Assembly: GCA_041671225.1 (NCBI GenBank)
Contig: JBAZBY010000001.1
Location: 238,940-302,939, forward strand
Direction: 5' to 3'
Length of the DNA stretch: 64,000 nt
Source of the DNA: Patescibacteria group bacterium
Lineage (GTDB): Bacteria; Patescibacteriota; Patescibacteriia; JBAZBY01
Each line of letters begins with the position of its first letter. The stretch's first letter is position 1. The notes beneath the pieces are model-generated. The model was given only the letters and a program-made list of their open reading frames with translations. It made no database searches and was not told the DNA's origin. Positions 59,639-64,000 of this stretch are shown here, piece by piece. Both the position numbers and the translations under genes were made by a program.

Positions 59639-60580
59639 ATGAAACATCTTCTCTCCCTCAAAGAACAATCAGCCGACGAACTCCGCGCAATTCTTGAGCT
59701 TGCGATGAAAATCAAGGCAGATCCAACGCGTTATGCAAATGCCTTGAAAAACGAAACTATGGTCATGCTCTTCCAAAAGACCTCAACGCGCACGCGTCTT
59801 TCTTTTGAGGCGGGAATGACAGAACTCGGCGGACACGCCATCTTCTTAGACAGCAGAACATCACAGCTTTCCCTCACGGACTTTCGGGATGAAATTCAAG
59901 CAATCATGCGCTACTGCGCTGTCTTAATGTTCCGACCAAAAAAACATGCCGATGCGGCAACCGCCGCCTCTTTCAATGCGGTACCGGTTATTGACGCTTG
60001 TTCAGAAAAATACCACCCCTGCCAGGCGCTCGCTGATCTCCTCACGATGGCAGAAAAAGCCGGCGGGTTGGAGCACATCAAAAAGATCGCGTGGCTGGGC
60101 CCGGAGAATAATGTAAGTAATACATTGAAACTCGCCTGCGCAAAGCTTGGCATCATGGTTGCAGTCGCGTCGCCAGAAAAAGATCCGAATGGGGAGGATG
60201 CCGAGCTCGATGCAACGGCAGACGCAACAGGAAACACGATATATACCAAGAACGTAGATGAAGCGCTCGCTGGCGCGCAATTCATTCACACTGACACATG
60301 GATGAATATGGAATATTTTGGCGAGGATGGAAAAGTGAAACCAGAATTCCAAGACGAATATGAACGTCGCAAAAAACTCTACGCACCATACCAGGTGAAT
60401 GCCGCGTTGGTAGAACAACACGCGCCAGACGCAAAAATCATGCACTGCATGCCGTGCCATGTTGGGTATGAAATCTCCCGAGATGCGATTGATCACCCCA
60501 ACAGCGTCATCTTTGACCAGGCAGAAAACCGTCTGCATGCGCAGAAAGGCATTATTCTTTGGTTACTCGGGAAGGACTAG
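59639..60580 (+). CDS. carbamoyltransferase of the ATCase/OTCase family (OTC-like, atypical motifs)
   Basis: STRTRLSFEAG (carbamoyl-phosphate binding) and HPCQALADL. The HCMPCH and DTWMNMEYFGE motifs deviate from the canonical OTCase HCLP/DxxxSMG. Confidence 0.65.
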   Translation: MKHLLSLKEQSADELRAILELAMKIKADPTRYANALKNETMVMLFQKTSTRTRLSFEAGMTELGGHAIFLDSRTSQLSLTDFRDEIQAIMRYCAVLMFRPKKHADAATAASFNAVPVIDACSEKYHPCQALADLLTMAEKAGGLEHIKKIAWLGPENNVSNTLKLACAKLGIMVAVASPEKDPNGEDAELDATADATGNTIYTKNVDEALAGAQFIHTDTWMNMEYFGEDGKVKPEFQDEYERRKKLYAPYQVNAALVEQHAPDAKIMHCMPCHVGYEISRDAIDHPNSVIFDQAENRLHAQKGIILWLLGKD

Positions 60581-61762
60581 CTACTGTATTCGCGCGAAGT
60601 GCCGTTTGCCAACCTGAAGCACATCACCTTTTTTTAGGGTAATCTTTTTCTTCCAATCTTTTATTGCTTTATCGCCCACTTTTACCGCGCCTTGTTCAAC
60701 TAGACGCTGTGCTTCGCTTTTTGATTTGGCAAACCCTGCGGTGACTATAAGATCGCGCACATCCATGGACTTCTTTGTTTTTATTTCACTCATCTCTGCG
60801 GGCTGTCCTTTTTTTGTAAACACGCGCTCAAAATGTTCTGCCGCTGCCTTTGCATTCTTCTCGTGGTGGTATGTTTTCACAATTTCATAGGCAAGCGCCG
60901 CTTTTGCGTTGCGTGGGTTGCCGCCTTTCTTGAGATCCGAGGCAATTTCGTCAATTTCTTTTTTTGTCTTGCGCGTCACGAGCGTGAAATATGTCAAAAT
61001 CTGCTCATCGGCTATGGACATGACTTTTCCATACATATCCTCCGGCGCATCGTCAAAACCAATGTGGTTACCAAGACTTTGACTCATTTTACGTACGCCG
61101 TCTGTGCCCACAAGAAGCGGCATGATCATGAGATCTTGCGGCGCTTGTCTTTCCTGCTGCTGCAACTCGCGCCCCATAAGCTCATTAAATGTCTGGTCGC
61201 TCCCAATAACCGTCGCGTCGCTCTTGAGTTCAACAGAATCCCATCCTTGTAGAAGGGGATAGGCTAATTCATGAAGGCGCACTTCCTTGCCTTCTTTTAT
61301 ACGCTCTTGAAACATATCGCGCTCCATCATGCGCGAGGTTGTGGTGCGGCTCATGAGCTGCAAGAGGTCCTCTGCGCGCATCGTGTCATACCACTCACCA
61401 TTCTCGCGCAACTCAACAAGCGAGGTGTCCAGAATCTTCCCAAGTTGGCGTTTATATGAAACGGCAGCTTCAAGCACCTCGTGTTTTGAACGCATCGCGC
61501 GCGTTTCGCTCTTATCAGTAGGATCGCCAAACCGCCCGGTAAAACTCCCGATGAGAAAAACGATCGTATGCCCCATCTCCTGAAGGATGCGAAGCTTTTC
61601 ATACACCACTGCATAACCAAGATGCAGGTCTTGTGTTGTGGGGTCCACTCCATGCTTAATACGGAGCTTCTTCTTGCCTTTTAGCTTCGCTTCAAACTTT
61701 GCGCGCACAATGACATCTTGGACGCCGAGGAAAAGTCGTTCAAATGCTGAGTCGTTTTTCAT
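60581..61762 (-). CDS. tyrS: tyrosine--tRNA ligase
   Basis: HIGH-type HLGY, KMSQS (KMSKS), and a C-terminal S4 domain. Confidence 0.85.
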   Translation of the reverse strand: MKNDSAFERLFLGVQDVIVRAKFEAKLKGKKKLRIKHGVDPTTQDLHLGYAVVYEKLRILQEMGHTIVFLIGSFTGRFGDPTDKSETRAMRSKHEVLEAAVSYKRQLGKILDTSLVELRENGEWYDTMRAEDLLQLMSRTTTSRMMERDMFQERIKEGKEVRLHELAYPLLQGWDSVELKSDATVIGSDQTFNELMGRELQQQERQAPQDLMIMPLLVGTDGVRKMSQSLGNHIGFDDAPEDMYGKVMSIADEQILTYFTLVTRKTKKEIDEIASDLKKGGNPRNAKAALAYEIVKTYHHEKNAKAAAEHFERVFTKKGQPAEMSEIKTKKSMDVRDLIVTAGFAKSKSEAQRLVEQGAVKVGDKAIKDWKKKITLKKGDVLQVGKRHFARIQ

Positions 61763-61857
61763 CGCTATTTCTCTGGTAAATTCGCTTGTCCACCGAAGTC
61801 CAAAGGTCGAAGGTGGGATTGAAAATATACCATACTTTCAGTACACTTGAAACAAAT

Positions 61858-62775
61858 ATGGCACAAAAGCATTATGTTATTGGCGTGGATGTCGGCGGCA
61901 CGAAGATTGCCGCCGGTGTTGTATCGCCAACAGGAAAGATTCTCTATTCTGTGCGCGTGGCAACGGAACAACGACGCTCCGCAAAGCGCGTGCGCGACAA
62001 TATCTTTGAAGCAATAGCATCGTGTGTTGAGGAATATAAACCCTCAGCGATTGGCATAGGTATTACTGGTCCTGTGAATGCTTCACAAGGTGTTTCTCTC
62101 TTTAGCCCAAACCTTCCAGGCGACTGGAAGAATATCCCCCTTGGCACATTAATACACAAACGCTTCCATGTTCCGACATTTATTGATAACGATGCTAATG
62201 CCATTGGCCTTGCAGAGATGCTCTGGGGAAAGGCACGACACATGCCGAGCGCGTTGATGATCACTTTGGGGACGGGTATCGGGGGAGTCTATCTTCTTAA
62301 TGATTGTATTGTGCATGGAAAAACTGGCGGGGGGTCTGAGTTGGGACACATAACAATTAGCCAACAAAAAATACGTTGCAGTTGTGGGCAGTATGGCCAT
62401 TTTGAATCTTTTGTTTCTGGCCCCGCACTTATTCGTTATTACCAACAACGAACGGGTAAAAAGGGAACGACGTATGATATTGTCGCAGAAGCGCGTCGTG
62501 GAAAGCGAGATGCGCGCGCTGCCATCGAGGAGATGCGCACCTATCTTGGTATTGGTCTTGCGAGTCTTATGCATGCGTTTAGCCCGCACATTATTGTACT
62601 TGGTGGTGGGTTAGCAAACATTCCTTTTCTTACGCGCGATCTTCAAGGTCTTGTACGCCCCCACCTTATGTCATCAATTGCTTTTGGGAAGATTAAAATC
62701 GTAAAATCTTCCATTCAACATACTGCAGGAATTCTTGGAGGCGCTGCCTTGACAATGAATACAAAAACCCCATAA
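61858..62775 (+). CDS. ROK-family glucokinase
   Basis: VIGVDVGGTKIAAG N-terminus, ROK signature, and Zn motif CSCGQYGH. Start at MAQKHYV. Confidence 0.75.
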   Translation: MAQKHYVIGVDVGGTKIAAGVVSPTGKILYSVRVATEQRRSAKRVRDNIFEAIASCVEEYKPSAIGIGITGPVNASQGVSLFSPNLPGDWKNIPLGTLIHKRFHVPTFIDNDANAIGLAEMLWGKARHMPSALMITLGTGIGGVYLLNDCIVHGKTGGGSELGHITISQQKIRCSCGQYGHFESFVSGPALIRYYQQRTGKKGTTYDIVAEARRGKRDARAAIEEMRTYLGIGLASLMHAFSPHIIVLGGGLANIPFLTRDLQGLVRPHLMSSIAFGKIKIVKSSIQHTAGILGGAALTMNTKTP

Positions 62776-62791
62776 TAGGGTCTCTCTTGCC

Positions 62792-64000
62792 ATGCCTATA
62801 CCTCAATTACGACCAACAAAGAAGCACTTCCAGCGTGGCTGGCGCGATCCCAATACACGTGGGACGCGGCCACCCTCCCGTTTTATCCCAAAGCGCGTTC
62901 GCTCTTTGTGGAATAAGTTCTTCTCCCGCAAGGGATGGAAATCATATATCCTCCCCGGCATGCTTGCCCTGGCGGTGTTGTTTGGTTTCTTTTTGATTGG
63001 TGCATACGCGTGGATCGGGCGCGAACTCCCTGACCCTGATCGTATCGCTGATCGCGATGTTGCCGAATCAACAAAGATCTATGCACGGGATGAAAAGACC
63101 TTACTCTACGAAATCCATGGCGAAGAAAAACGCACGATTATTTCGCTTGATGAAATCACCTCGGATATGCGCTGGGCCACCATTGCAATCGAGGATCAAG
63201 ATTTTTATCAACATGGTGGTTTTGATGTGAATGGTCTTATCCGCTCGGTTTTCAAAAATATATTCACAGGATCAAGGGTGGGGGGCTCGACCATCACTCA
63301 ACAATTAGTGAAAAACGCTATTCTTTCCCCGGAAAAAACCTACACGCGTAAGTTTAAAGAGCTCATTCTCTCGTTTCAAATTGAGCGCCGCTTCTCTAAG
63401 GATGAAATATTACAACTGTACTTCAACGAAATCCCCTACGGCGCAAACGCATACGGCGTTGAAGCCGCTGCACTCACATATTTTGGTATCTCCGCAAAAG
63501 ACCTCACGCTTGCCCAATCGGCAATACTCGCTGCTCTTCCGCAGGCACCATCATATTATTCTCCTTTTGGCAACAACACTGATGCGCTTCTTGGGCGCGC
63601 ACATCACATTATTGATCGCATGCTTGAGGAAGGGTTTATCAGTGACGAAAACGCCATCAAAGCAAAAGAGGAGGATGTGCTTGCACAAATTGAACCAAGA
63701 AAGGATACCATCCGCGCCCCTCATTTTGTTATTTGGGTGCGTGAGAAACTCGCGGAAGAATATGGTGATGCAGTCTTGGAGCGGGGCGGTCTGCGCGTGA
63801 CAACAACGCTTGACGCAAGGATGCAAGAAGCAATGGAAAGTGCTGTTGCAGAATATGCAGAACGAAACGCAACAAACTACAATGCAAACAATGCCGCTGC
63901 GGTCGGAATCGATCCACGGACTGGCCAAGTGCTCGCAATGGTCGGCTCCAAAGATTATTTTGATACTGAAAATGATGGCAATGTTAATGTCGCGCTGCGA
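62792..64000 (+). CDS. penicillin-binding protein 1A family (GT51 transglycosylase + transpeptidase), 5' partial; continues beyond the window
   Basis: Not in the ORF track because no stop is reached. Hand-translated in frame from ATG 62792: a cytoplasmic tail, a TM (ILPGMLALAVLFGFFLIGAYAWI), then GT51 motifs EDQDFYQHGGFD, GGSTITQQLVKN, RKFKE. Confidence 0.75.
   Translation, partial: MPIPQLRPTKKHFQRGWRDPNTRGTRPPSRFIPKRVRSLWNKFFSRKGWKSYILPGMLALAVLFGFFLIGAYAWIGRELPDPDRIADRDVAESTKIYARDEKTLLYEIHGEEKRTIISLDEITSDMRWATIAIEDQDFYQHGGFDVNGLIRSVFKNIFTGSRVGGSTITQQLVKNAILSPEKTYTRKFKELILSFQIERRFSKDEILQLYFNEIPYGANAYGVEAAALTYFGISAKDLTLAQSAILAALPQAPSYYSPFGNNTDALLGRAHHIIDRMLEEGFISDENAIKAKEEDVLAQIEPRKDTIRAPHFVIWVREKLAEEYGDAVLERGGLRVTTTLDARMQEAMESAVAEYAERNATNYNANNAAAVGIDPRTGQVLAMVGSKDYFDTENDGNVNVALR

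Overview
This 64-kb window looks like a small-genome, uncultivated-type bacterium (CPR/Patescibacteria-like). Gene density is high, with many short overlaps and mostly weak or absent Shine-Dalgarno sequences in the backbone. Several enzymes are archaeal-type: bifunctional PGI/PMI, PGM/PMM, GH57, EndoQ-like PHP nuclease.

Broad content:
- Two tRNAs, Leu-UAG and Ser-CGA, both with encoded CCA.
- A 23S-5S rRNA unit with no 16S upstream. The 23S carries a ~300-nt insertion at a conserved domain-V site that has group-I-intron hallmarks.
- A complete de novo pyrimidine operon (pyrB-I-D-K-C-E-F).
- A glycogen/alpha-glucan cluster with two glgA and two GH57 genes, a GalT-like gene and an APH-like kinase, but no glgC.
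- UDP-sugar genes: glmS, an LbH acetyltransferase-like protein, galU, and a TrmB regulator.
- Housekeeping genes: cdd, proC, kbl, tyrS, ruvC, yebC, ROK glucokinase, and PBP1A truncated at the window end.

Most interesting accessory regions:
1. A cluster of four VirB2/TrbC-pilin-like genes. Two are a tandem duplicate and one is fused to a peptidoglycan-binding domain. It sits convergent with a polyprenyl-phosphate-sugar glycosylation module: a Dpm1-like GT2, three GT-C-like polytopic membrane proteins, a DUF2079-like protein and PGI/PMI.
2. A kinase/phosphatase/nucleotidyltransferase island: a PfkB sugar kinase, two diverged guanylate-kinase-like paralogs with long N-terminal extensions and a non-canonical P-loop, an IMPase-family phosphatase, and a ribbon-helix-helix domain fused to an NDP-sugar pyrophosphorylase.
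3. GC-rich patches (proC region; PfkB + GK-like A; several 80-160 aa unknown ORFs). These carry strong SD sites and clean rho-independent terminators, unlike the backbone.
4. An orphan promoter-hairpin-terminator unit upstream of proC, which is a candidate sRNA or leader.

No CRISPR array, transposase or integrase was seen.
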